Both the position numbers and the translations under genes were made by a program. Under the pieces are notes generated by a model. It saw only the letters and a program-made list of their open reading frames with translations. It was not told the origin of the DNA and did no database searches. This document shows, piece after piece, positions 23,181 to 35,330 of a stretch of 64,000 bases of DNA (its first letter is position 1; each line of letters begins with the position of its first letter). Source of the stretch: Vicugna vicugna (taxonomy: Eukaryota); NCBI GenBank assembly GCA_013265495.1, contig MU059403.1, positions 1,502,960-1,566,959 on the forward strand, in the 5' to 3' direction.

Positions 23181-25983
23181 AAGTCAGTGCTGCCTCAGTG
23201 CTCTCTCCAGTTTGGATGTGGCCACAGAAGGACTGAAAGCCAGAGCAGACAGACCAGAACAGGCAACGGGCCGGGGCTCGAGGCAGGGAGGGGCTGCCTG
23301 TCCATCTGGTGCCCTGTTGCTGAAATTTTCTCCAACCATGTTCACTGGTCCTTTCATCATTTTAAAAGCTCAGAGTTGCTGGAAAACAGGGCTGTCCAAT
23401 CTGCTATTCATTTTCGGGGTCCCCTAATGGGTTCCTGAGGCCTGCAGAACTCTGCTGCGAGAACAGCCGTGTGCGGAGCCCTGCGCTGCTTGCTTCCCGA
23501 GGGACACTGAAGAGTTAAAGTAGCAGCTGCGGGGCCAGGAAGGGCCCATGAGGTCGAGTGGGGCCGGGAATCAGCTGCAGAGTCGGAGCGGCTGGAGGCC
23601 CCGGGCCCCAGGCTTTCTGCGGGGCTCGGGATGCGGGGCCCTGGGGAGATCCAGACCTCGGGGGTGGGCGGGGCTGCCCGGGATGCCGAGGGTGGGCGGC
23701 TCTCAGTGCTTCCCGGGGCCCTCGGGGGAGGAGGCGACCTCACACGGCCCTGGAGGCAATGTGCTCACAGTGAATCAGACTGGAATGAAGGGCTAGGCCC
23801 CTGGGTTTCTACAATAGAAAACTTGTTCCTTACTTCCTGCAAAGAAAACACATTTGTGGCTGACTACTTAGCTGGACCTGCTCGCATGTCTCCCCAGTGA
23901 GGTGGTGTCTACGCTGGGGCGGGAGGGAGCCTTCCTGTCCAGGCCAGACGGTCAGCCACAGGTTTCCTCAGACCCGGCGGGGCGGGGAGTATTCACGGAG
24001 CCTGACCCAAGGTCCGTCTTCTCCGGCCCCACAGCCGACTCCTGGTCGTGGCCGGGTCACCTAGAACCCTGTCCTTTCTCCTGCCCTCATGCTGCCCCCG
24101 CCCTGCTCCCCGCCCTCCACCCCCGGCGTCAGGCGGCGAGGAACCCTGTGCTCCACCCCGGGCTGGGCCTCCTTTCCATCCTCCTAAAACGGCCAGAGGC
24201 CGGCCCTCCACTTCCCAGGGAGAGGCCGGGCACCGGGGCGGTGGCCAGGCTGGACACTTGGGGCCCGAGGGCCTGGGTTTGACTCTGAGTGAACCGGGCA
24301 ATGTTTTCTCACCTGTAACAGAGTAACTCTGTCTTCCACCGCATCGTGATTCTTTGTCGAGGATGAAATAAACTTCGATGCTGATAGAATGTTCAAGACG
24401 CTGCTAGTGCCCACAGGCCATGGACGGCTGCGGCAAGTCCAGCAGTGACAGGGGGGGCATGGACGGGGTGCCCGGCGTGGGGTCAGCTGTGGGTGCATGT
24501 CCATTCTCTGTCCCCACCTCTCCATCCTCTGTAGGTCACAGACAGTCCTGCCTGCGCTCCAGGGGAGGGCGTTGCACCAGGAAACGCTGTTCGGACCAGG
24601 GAGCCTGGGGCCGAGGATGGGAGCTGGGGCTGAGGCAGGCAGAGGGCTTCCTGTTTACTCCCGTCGGGGACAGCGGCCTTCCCGGAGCTGGGAGGCTGGG
24701 TCCCCTCTCGGGTGTCCCTCCTGCCTGTGGGCTGGGCTGGGTCGGCGTGTGAGCCAGGCCTGCTCTCCCGGGGTCTCTGGGGATCAGACTCTGAAACGCG
24801 GGGAAGACACACAATCCACCTGGCTTCTCTGTTTGGCCGTCGCAGACACGTTGCTGCCTTTCCCAGTCTCTTCAGAAGCTGCCTCCCCCGTTCCCACTGA
24901 GGATCTTTGTGTGAGAAAGGAAGAGGAGACGGTGTCGCAGCGCGCGGTCACCCCGCTCGGGCCAGCGAGGGCGCCTGGCGGCCCTGCCGGGGCTGCGAGC
25001 CCGGACTTCCCGGCGCTTCTGGTCTCTCCCTTTTAGGTGCCGCTCCTGAGTCTACCTGAAAGTTCTCTTTTCCGTCCAGAAGCTATTAAACACTAAACGA
25101 TTCATGGAGAAGTGCTGAACCGTAATTATGCAATGAATCATATGCAATTTAATAAAGATTTAACTCAAATATTTATGAGAAAAGCTAAAAATAGGCTGGT
25201 AGCTGCAGTGCGGTTCTGCTACTTGGCCAGGAGGATGAGCAGAGCAACATCCCTGCTGCCTCGCTCGGCCCCGGGGCCGGGGTGGGGGCACAGGGACCCG
25301 AGGGAGCCCCGCTGGGCCCGCCGTCCAGTCAGCTCTGAAGAGCTGTTCACACAGGCCTCCAGCCCCCAGCCGCCGCCGTGCGGCCCCGGGCAGGAGGTGC
25401 CTGGCTCCCGGACGGCGCTGCCCTAGCCTGTTGCCTGGGTCTCTGCATTGAAGCAGGGAAGTTCCTCTTTATGCAAAGTCTGATTCCAACGCTTCCTTTG
25501 ACGTGTGTGGTGAGATTACATTGCACGGTCTTCCCAGGCTCCCACAGAAAGAGGCGCCTTCTAAGGCAGGGGTGCTGACAACACCCCATCTTCCTCTTTG
25601 CAGCGAAACATTTGGTGATTGTGTCAGTGACAGTTTGGAAACCCATGATGCGAAAGGCGGCTCATTTGCAAACTGAGGTGCAGCACAGACACCCCCTGGG
25701 GAAGCAGAGGCTCCCTGGCGTCTCCTGGGGGGTGGGGCTTAGTCCGGCCTACAGTCCCGCTCTGGCTTCAGCCTCCTGGGTCGTGGGCCAAGGCTTTGCT
25801 GGCAAGTTTGTGGTCAGGACACGGACGGATTCTGGAAAATGCAGAGAACCACATCAGGGGCGTCTTCAGGGCGAGGCCTGAGCCAGGCACTGGACAACTT
25901 GCCAGAAACACGGGCAGAGAGGGGAGCTCTGTGATGTCTGCGTCTCCGCTCTCGGAGGCCACCTGCCCTCTTAAAGGGGACAC

Positions 25984-26328
25984 TGCCGCCTCTGCTCGGG
26001 CAGCAAGACGGATGCCACAGACGGGCGGGTGGCTCTCACAACAGACACTGATCCTCCCCCACCCAGGACTCAGGTGTTCTCAGGGCTGGTTCTGGTGGGC
26101 CCCCCGTTCTAGCTGGCTGATGGCCACCTTCCCGTGGTGTCCTCGCATGGCCTCGCCTCCATGTGGGGGAGCCTGGGGGTGCCCAATGTCCCTCCTCTTC
26201 TTATAGGGGGACCTGGGCCCCCCCATTACCTCACTTAGCTTGGCTGCCTTCTGAAGACTCAGCTCCATGTACTGTCTTGCTGGGGGTCGGGGCTTCAATA
26301 TGTGAATTTGGGGACACAGTTCATAACA
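25984..26328 (+). mobile_element. MLT1B-like MaLR solo LTR
   Basis: ccacagacgggcgggtggctctcacaacagac...gatggccaccttccc...ctcctcttcttataggg...gggggtcggggcttcaatatgtgaatttggggacacagttcataaca. Confidence 0.8.
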
Positions 26329-26387
26329 AAGGCGTTAAGCCTGAGCTGAAGACAAGCTGTAGGGGGCAGGCAGCCCTCTCTTTGTGC

Positions 26388-26478
26388 TCCCCTCCCCTCC
26401 CCCGACCTGGTCCTCCCCTCCCGTCCCCTCCTCACCGGGTCCTCCCTTCCTGACCTCCCTGACCCCCTCCCTCCTCCC
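26388..26478. repeat. C-rich low-complexity tract
   Basis: Repeated cctcccc and tcctccc motifs. Confidence 0.8.
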
Positions 26479-29400
26479 GGTGGACACTTAGTCTCAGGAA
26501 CTTCTAGAGAAATCGAACTTGGAAAGCAACTGATCGGGACCTTGAGTGCCCTGCGGCTTGACTCTGCCTTACGGTCAGCTGACACTGTGTCCTGGGGTAG
26601 GTTTCTGGGCTGGAAATGATTTTCCGTCGGATGTTTGAAGCCACGTCTCCGTGTCCTGTCTCTCGCCCTCCAGGTGGCCATGGTCGTCTGCGTCTGGTCC
26701 TCCCTGTGTCCTCTTCCTGACTGGAGCGTTCTCCGTCTCCCAGCGGTGGGCCTGGACGGGGGCTTTGGGCGGAACTCTGGAGGGCCCTCCAGCTCGGCGG
26801 GTCCCAGTTCTGGGAAGTCCTTTGCTGAAGGTGAGCTTCTCTGTCAAATGCTTGGTCTCCTTATTTATCAGGGGACCCCAGGGCCAGGGTCTCTCCCTTG
26901 GGCTGCTCAGGGAAATAGTCACTCCTGGCCTCTGGACGCTGCGCTGGGAGAGAGGCGGGGTCTCTGTGAGTAGCTGACAGTGTCCCTCGTCCCCAGGTCT
27001 CGGCACAACCCCGTCCTTGTGGCTGGTGTCCCCCACCTAGTGATGCTGTCTTACCACCTGCGCAGAGTTCCCCTCCTGATGCCACAGAGTGAGGAGCTGC
27101 CTGGAGCCCGGGGTCTGGACACTGACAGTCCCCAGCCCCCGCCTCTGCCCCTCATTGCTCCTTGTTTCCAGAGGTGCCTGGTCCCCCCCGCACTTTTGGC
27201 GTTTCCTGAGTTCCACACTGTAAATCAGCTGAACTCAGCCTCCTCCCTTGGTTCCCTTACAACGTCCGTCTGCTTTGGGGAAATGTGTTTCTGTCCTTTC
27301 CTCTTCTTTGGATAAATCCTCATGCTGTGGACAAATACCTTTCAAAATTCCCATTGCTTTCATGGGTGTTTAGAGGGGGGGACTTTATCCTGAGGCTTAA
27401 CCTGCAGTCTCTGCCCTCCAGTTTCTTAGGAGAACTTCATGCTTACACCCAGGGTTTCAGAGTCAGTGATCCAGCGATCACCGCCTCAGGACGATGTATC
27501 GACGATCTCTTGATGAAAGATGCTGGTGCCATCAGGTGACAGCTGTGGGCTTGTGGGGAGTCCCCGACCCGCTGACGGTGGAGCCCCTGCAAAGCCGGGT
27601 TTCCCGTGTCCTCATGCCTGGGGCCCTACTGGGTACGCAGGTGAGGTAGGCACTGCAGGACACGTGGAGGCGAGTCTCTACCTGAGAGAAATCCCACGTT
27701 GTTAGGAAAAGGGACGTACTGGGGACGACAGGAGGGAAGTTACGTGACTGCGCAGAACAGTGCGGGGGGAGCATGTTCCTGAGACCCCGCCGGGCAGCGT
27801 TGGAGGGGAGTGGGCGCGGCCGGCAGGAGAACCAGGCTTGGGGCTGGCTGCTTTCCTTTTCCTTTTCATTTTTAATTGTGGCAAAAAAACCCCCAAAAAA
27901 CACATAAAACAAAATGCACTGTCTCAACCGTCTGCAAGGGCGTGCTGAGCGGCGCTGAGCGTCCACGCTGTCCGCGCCACGCTCCTCTTCCAAACACACG
28001 AGGTTTGTAGAGAAGATGCTGCGGCAGCTTTTTTTTTCAGTTCTTAATCGTGGAGACCCCAGAGCTGGGTCCTGGCCCCAGTTAGCGCGCAGGGCAACCG
28101 GCAGGACTCCTCCTGAGACTCCGAGCCTCCTCGCCCACAGCTCCCCCGACACCCAGTGCCACCTTCTTTCACAGACGCCAGGGTGCGGACCACGGGCCCT
28201 CCCTCCTCCGCGTGAGACGCCGCGTGGCTGTTCCCCGGTGCCTGGGGGGAGGGCCCGCAGGAGCGCCCCGGGGCCGGCTGTGGGGACCGGGCAGCCGGCT
28301 CCGCCTGAGGCCCTGCGCACGGCCAGCCCTGCTCGCGCTGCCGCCGCCTTCGCCTCATGAAAATTCAAGAGACTGGCGCTTGAGGAAGCGCAGGAGTACT
28401 TGGGGAGAGGAAGGACGAATCTGGAGCCCTTTGGTGGATATAGATAAAGACCGTGCCCACAAACAAACCGGGCCAGCTGCCGGGAGAGCCCAGACGTGCC
28501 CGGGAGCCAATGAAACCTGAATACTACGGCTCGACCCCTCAGAAATGAGGCCGAAGGGCAACGAGGACTATTTTTTAAAAAAATACTCTCTCTCATGAGT
28601 CAAAAATAAAACACAGTTTTGTTCCGTCTTAAACATTCACACAAAATCACCTCTTTTTTGGGGGAGGGAAAAAAAAACTAAGACTTGATGGTTTCAGCCA
28701 AAAAGTTTTCAGAAAGTTCTGAGTCACCGAGCACAGGGCTACAGTGAGCGCCTGTGAGGGCACCTGACTCAGCACAGGACCCTGCCGTGCGGCGGGGTCA
28801 CAGCCCGAGGGAGGACCCTGTGAGCCGGCCGCAGGGTGCTGGCACCTCGGCCCGCGGTGCGTGAGAGCCCGGCTTCGCCAGCTCCTGTCTGTTGCATGAA
28901 GACCCAGCTTGAAACTCAGTTCCTTCAAAAGCCTCCCCAGATACTCAGCCTCCCCCCAGAAATCCACTTGCCCCCAACACACACCTCAAGTGACAGGCTG
29001 GCTGTCTCACCGTCACTCTGCTCTGCTGAAGCCTCATCACGCCAACGCTGTCCCGTGAGCTCCGATCAGCCCCGGCCTCTCTCTGGTGCCTTTGTGTCTT
29101 TCCCACAGCGCGGTGACACCGCTCTGAACACATCGCTCCCGACGCAGGACCAGCTGACTGCTGACATGGGGACCTGGCGCCTTGGTTAGCGGTTGAGGAG
29201 CGGTCATCTCTCCCTCAGGGACCAGTGGCCTCTGCTCCCGGCCGCGCTGCCCGGCGGTGCTCCCAGGCCGGGAGTGAGGGAAAAGGTGACACCGTCTGTG
29301 GCCGAAGAGGGAAGACCGGGCTTTTGCAGGAACGCTCCCAGCCAGCCAAGGTGGCCGCGTGACCGTGCCGAGGTGGCTTCTCCAGGCGGGGCCGGGTCAG

Positions 29401-30656
29401 GTGCAGGGCTCGGGGGTGACGCTCAGCGGCCGCTCAGGAGATGGCCCTGTGGACGCTCGTCCCCACGCAAAGACCAGGAGGTCGCAGGGCTTTGAGAGGC
29501 GGGACTGTAGAAGTCCGCCTGCAAACTTTATCAGAGCCGGGCTGGGGTGCTTCTGGCCCGGCCTTGCGCCTCATCCTTTCCCTGGGGGTGGTGGTGACCC
29601 AGGGCCGGACCCGACCTCGGGACTCGGGGAAACCTGTGCTCAGTGGGGAGGGGGCCTTGAGGGGCTGCTCTGTGCTGAGACTTCGGGGATCGCATCCCAG
29701 CCACACAGGATGCTCCAGGAGGCGCAGTGCCCTTGCTTTGTATGGGGCCCGAGTCCTGGGGGCCTGTGTCACTGCGGCCTCCGACCCGGAGGGCATTTTG
29801 CTTGGCTTCAAACTGCTGCCCTAATTCCCAGTGCCCTTCCCATGGTCCCAGGACAGACTGAGGATGCATCGGCTGATGGACACCACTCCATGGTGGCCAG
29901 GTTTGGACACAGACGGTCGGCCTCCAAGTCAGATGCCTTTGCCTGCAACTCCCCAGGCCTCGTCTACCTCCCCCCACACCGCTCCCCCCTCAACACGCCC
30001 CAGAGTTGAGAGTCTGACCCAGACGCCCTTGCTCAAGCCTGGACCCGTTCCCGGCCCCCTAGCCGTTTCTGGCAGACCACCAGACAGCTAGCAACACACC
30101 TTCAGAAACCCAGGTTACACTGCCAGGCCATAGTGAAGCAGAAATACATCTTTATAATAAAAGTACAGACGGATTTTTGGCACATGAACTCCTCATTAGA
30201 TATTTATCAGGTGTTTTAAAAGTGGGCTTTAAGCAACACTTGATTTACCAGGACACTTCCTTACAGCCAGGGGACAGGCAGACCCCAGACAGCGAGTCCA
30301 AGGTGACTTCGCCCCTGGCCTGTGTGTCCCGGCCAGTGGCCGAGCTCACGCATCACACATGTCCACGCACGGTTTCCCGGCTCCGCTCCACCGACGTCCG
30401 CACAGTTTCGGACGGTGCCGGGCTGGGGCCCCGACGTCTGCCTGGAGCCCCGGGACCCCGGCCGGTCTCCCGCTTGGCCAGGGCATGGACGACAGGGCTT
30501 TTCTCCATGTGCTGGAAGCTTACCTGGCGAAGAAGGAAATCGAGTGTCATTATGTCAAATAACTCAACAAAAATAGAAATTAAATGCTGATGTGAGTCGA
30601 ATGTGTTAAAATGTTATTATAACATTTGAGTCCATTTCTCCACTTCTCCTCTTTCT

Positions 30657-30684
<28 letters not shown>
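30657..30684. repeat. (CA)14 microsatellite
   Basis: Perfect CA run. Confidence 0.97.
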
Positions 30685-30688
<4 letters not shown>

Positions 30689-31975
30689 CTATCTTTGGAG
30701 AAGAGATATTGCATCACTGCTGAGGATTAATTCAATATTTACTTGTGAAAAGTTCTAGGCAAATGGGGAGACTGGGTGTTGCCACAGGCAGTCAGCAGGT
30801 TTCCCCGGGCCCACATTAGAACTGCGGGAGGCTGGGGCTGTGGCCTGCATCTTCACCTGGTGCAGAAACAGCAGGAGCCCTGGGACCCGAGTTGAGTTCC
30901 CTGCAGCGTAGACAGCAGGACGGGCAGGTGCGCTCCCAGCCCCGAGAGCAGCTGTGTGGACACAGGGAGCCCCCGGGGCGCAACGAGTTTCCGTGAATTG
31001 AGTCTTTCTCCTCCTGAATTCCCCTCCGTTTCGCAAAGCAAACTTTCTTAAAGACGTGTCAAAAGCTGTCCACGTCCCAGGTGGGCCAAAGAAGAGGCAA
31101 AATTGGTGTAAAACGAGCCAAGAATTTTCATGTACTGATGAAAGGTGAGATTACGCACCTGGCACTCGCGCGCAGCCGAGCTGGGGGGAGCTGGCTGTCT
31201 CCGGCCTTTGCTAAACGCCTTTGCTGTGCAGGCTTAGACAGAAAGGCCATTCACATCTGGCTGAGCAGACCTCACTCCCACGTTCTCTGGGTGTGCTCCG
31301 AGCCCGGGCTGCAGGCTCTCGGAGCCCTTGCCGAGTCCAAGGAGATTGCTAATGTTTTGGGAGGCAGTAAACATCTCCTGAAGTCTTCTGCTGTCTATGG
31401 CCAAGACAGGCCCTCGAGCCTTCTGAGAGGACCAACGGAAGGGGATGCCCAGGGGAGGAAAGACCAGAGGGAGGGACGGAGCGACTGCGGGGAGCATCGG
31501 GGTCAGGCCCCAGGGAAGGTGACGCTCCGTTCCAGTGCGTTACCCAAGCACAGCCACAGCCCCAGTTAGATGGGCTCAAGGACCAGGAGAAAGCTCCCAC
31601 CCCTGCATTCAAGGACCAGCTCAGGAGAGTCCTGAAATGGAACCCCCAGCCCTGCAAGCTGGCCGGCTCCTTGGCACCCGAGCCACCCATGTGCTCCCCT
31701 TCGGAGACGCAAACACGCCGCGCGAGCTCAGCGGGACCCTGCAGGCACTGGCAGTCCGTTCAGGGCACTGTGTTCTAATCTACACACAAGATTGATGTTT
31801 TACAGAGGAAAAGTGGGAAAAACTGGTCGTTCTGATAGAAATCCTAGGGTACAGCAGAGACAAGTGAATCTTGCCTGCATTTCCTCCCCTTTACAAAAAC
31901 ATCAGGGCTGTGATGCAGACCGATGCAGGACAAAGGAGACGCCTCCTTGGGGTAGTCCGGCCAGGACTGTTACTT

Positions 31976-32339
31976 TGTAAGAAAGTCATTTTAGGCTGAT
32001 AAAACAAAGCTTACCACAGACAGGCAGCTTACACGACAGGCGTTTATTTAATCCCCACAGTTCCTGAGGCTGGACGTCTGAGATCAAGGTGCCGGCAGGC
32101 TCCTCTTCTGGTGTGGTCTCCTTCTTGGGTCCTGGGTGGCGGTCTTCTATCCGTGTTCTCGTGTGGCAGAAGGGGTGAGGAGGCTCTCTGGAGACTCACG
32201 AGGGCACTGATCTCATTCATGGGGCCCCACCCTCATGACCTCATCACCTCCCAGAGGTGCCACCTCCCAACCCCATTACATGGCGGGTTAAGGTTCAACC
32301 TGCGAATTTCAGAGGGACGCACACATTCTGTCCATAGCA
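31976..32339 (+). mobile_element. MLT1A/MLT1A0-like MaLR solo LTR
   Basis: ccacagttcctgaggctggacgtctgagatcaaggtgccggcagg...cattcatggggccccaccctcatgacctcatcacctcccagaggtgccacctccc...cattctgtccatagca. Confidence 0.9.
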
Positions 32340-34894
32340 GGGGTGGATGTGATGTTCATGGTGACACCTGATTCTCATGTGGCCTCTTGGGAAATGAATC
32401 CTTGGCAGGACTTGGTGTGCTTGATCTCATAATTTAAGATGAACAGGGACAACCTGGAGTGGAGGTTCCTCCCACCCCTGCAGCTCCCAGCCCACATCAT
32501 GGGTCAGAGTAACCCTCCTATTCCATGGCTGGAGCGACACAAAGACCCACGGAATCCCGAGGCAACAGGATTTCCAAACACAGAAAAGGACTGGGAGGCC
32601 CGGCATCTCTCAGGTCCTAAAAGTGTGGGGCTGGGGCGAGGACAAGTAGGCAAAAGAGAGGGTCCAGTGGGGGGGGGTTGAAGCCCAGACCCAGACCCCG
32701 TGTCTCCGTGTGACAGTGTGAGTTCAGTCCACCGGGCCCTGGCACCCCGTCTACCAACCCTTCCTCGCGCCACTGCCCTGCGTGACTTCACGCGGCACGT
32801 GCACACGTTAGTGAGGACGGCAGGGCCTCGAGGGGAGCAAAGAGGGTGGGCCAGGCCACGTGGCTCTCACTGCAGAGCCCTCACGGGCGTCGGCCCCCAG
32901 GAGGCAGGCTCCCCGAGCCTCCCACGCCCAGAGGGGCTGCCCGTGACTGGCCTGGAGTCGCGTCGGGTGTGTGCACCTTTATCACCAGCGTCAAGCCTGC
33001 TCACGGGCGGGCGCGCACGCGTCCTCGGCCTGGGCTGGCCTGCCCACACGCCGCCCGCGGGGGAGCCCGGCTCACCTGAGGCGTCCGCTCCGGGTCACCT
33101 CACGTCACGTTCGCGCCGACCCCCCCGGGGCTCCCGGCCTCTGTTGTCAGCACTGCCCAGGACGCGAGGGGCGTCTCCTCAGACTACGGGCTGGGAGTTT
33201 CCGTCCTCGAATCCCTAAAACGTGGACGTTTCACGTCTTCACAGGAGAGTCTCTCCTGCTTTATTCATCTGTCCTACGAACGTGCGGGCCCGGGCGCCAG
33301 GGCCCGCGGGTGACCCGCACCGGCAGACGCCCTCCCGGCCCTGAGCTGAGCTCCCTGCCGGGCGCCTGGGGGCGCATGGGGTTCTCAGGGCGGTCGCACC
33401 CCAGCCCCTCAGGCAGTGCCTGTTCTGGACAAAGCTCCCTCTCCCGGCCAGACCCACGGAGTCAGGGCCAGGGGCCAGCCGTCCGGCCGGGCTGGCACAG
33501 CCGGAGAGCTGGGAGCCGCTCGCCTCAGGGCTCTGAGGAGGGAAGGCTACGGAGTTTAAGACACAGTTTCACAGAAATAACTCCTCCCAGAGGAAGGATG
33601 GCCTCGTGAGCCGGGAAGAGGGGACCACCGCGGGTGAAGGAGGGGAGGCCCCCGCGGAAGGGAAGGGCCGGGAAGCCGCCGAGTTGAGCCCCGACCCTCC
33701 CTCCTGTGTGGAAGAGTCGCTGCCCCGTCCTCACAGTCTGATATAAAACCAGTGCCCTTTTCATTGTGAGTCGGGGGTGAGCGTGCGCGGCACAGACACT
33801 GAGGAGGCGCGGCGGAGCGAGGTCTGTTCCTCAGGGCATGATTCTGGGGTTTCTTCGTCACTGAGGAGCCTGTCTCACCCTAGCTAATACGCTTCCCTTA
33901 ACTAAAGCCTCCTTTCCTCTGAGAGTCCCCAAGAGACACTAGATGCGCCAAGCAGTTTGCGGAAGCCCGTGCCCTGCTGAGGGCCGTCGCCAGCGCGCGG
34001 GGGAGCTGGCCGACAGGGGGGCGCGGCAGAGGGAGACACCGTGCTCCCCCCACCCTGCGGAATGGCATTCGAGGAAAACATTTGGATTTTGAATCTTGTA
34101 CCATGTGACTATGCGATCTTTAAAAAATCAAACTAAAGTTAAAAAAATAACAAAACGGAGGAAAAAGGAAAGAGGTGCGGCGGCAAACAGCGGGCCTCAG
34201 GCTCTCGCCCTGACCTCACTCCCGACGGACGCGGTGGTCGTGACGCGGCCAGGCCTGTGTCCACGGTGGCGCGCCCGCCCCGGGGGCCCCTTGACCTGGG
34301 CCTCGGTGGAGGGGGGAGCCAGCCCTGCGGAGACGTGCCAGGCAGGGTGCACAGCCCGGGCGGAGGCACAGACAGCAGCCGCCGGGACGGGTGGTGCGGG
34401 GCCCAGCAAGTTCCCTGCAGCGGCTGAGCGCGGGGGGCTGCTGGGTACCAGTGGGTGACCCCAGAATGAAAAAGCCAGGGAAACCCGGGGTGGCGGATGA
34501 GGTGGACTCCGCTATGCTGACCTGCGGGCCGGAGCGCGTCCTGGGGGAGGCGTCTGCTCTGGTGCCTGGCCGACGTAGTGTCTCCAGGGTGTCAAAGATG
34601 ACGGCGGTCGAGATACGATGGGAGTTTCAGATTTGATCCCTGGGCCCTGCAGAGCAGGGAGGACCGCTGGGGGCGGGTGAGGGGGTCAAGTCTCCCCTCC
34701 CAAACAGCTCCTGGCTTCGCCAGCTCCTGTCTGTCGCGTGAAGACCCGCCGAGGGAGTGGCCGGCTCCCCGCGACGTCCTCACCGCGCCTGCCCTGGTCC
34801 CGGTCTTCATCTTTCACCCGCTTGGATGGGGCGTTGCGATCTCCTGGTGGCTCTGATCTGCGCTCCCCTGGCGGCGAATGACGCTGGACGCCTT

Positions 34895-35330
34895 GCCACT
34901 TGCCCATTTGCCCTGGCCTGTCATGTCCTCTTTGGTGAAATGTCTGCTCATGTCTTCTGCTTATTTTGTTTTAATGAAGTATTACAAGTTTACAGCGTCG
35001 TGTGAGTTTCTGGTGCACACACAGCGATTCAGTTGTGTGCATACGTGTGTTCCTCTTCATATTCTCTGTCACTGTAGGTCATCACAAGAAACTGAACACG
35101 CCTCCCTGCGCTCTGCAGTGGGACCTTGTTGTTCATCTGCTTTACAGACCCAGGCAGCGTCTGCGGACCCTGAACCCCCAGTTCACCCTCCCACCCTCTC
35201 CCCCCAAGTCTTTTGCTTATTTTTTAACTGGATGTTTTTAAGGGTTGCTGTTGATGCTTTAACTGTTAACTGTTTGACAGTTCTTTGCGTTTTCTGGTTG
35301 CGAGTCTTTTCCTTTGTGAGACTGGATTTG
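34895..35330 (-). mobile_element. Older L1M-type fragment that hosts the nested insertion
   Basis: tgtcctctttggtgaaatgtctgctcatgtcttctgc on the left and ttttaactggatgttttt...ttctttgcgttttctggttgcgagtcttt on the right join into a continuous antisense L1M ORF2 motif once 34968-35223 is removed. Confidence 0.6.
34968..35207 (-). mobile_element. 5'-truncated LINE-1 3' UTR with 16-bp target-site duplication, nested in an older L1
   Basis: Matches the antisense L1 3' UTR (gaagtat...gtttctggtg...ggaccttgttgtt...ccctccc). Flanked by gtcttctgcttatttt (34952-34967) and gtcttttgcttatttt (35208-35223), 15/16 identical. Confidence 0.85.

Noticed and set aside
27532-28596. Longest ORF in the track (354 aa, minus strand)
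   Set aside because: No recognisable domain, Arg/Ala/Pro/Gly-biased, crosses low-complexity A/T tracts, and overlaps equally uninformative ORFs in other frames. This is expected in stop-poor GC-rich DNA.
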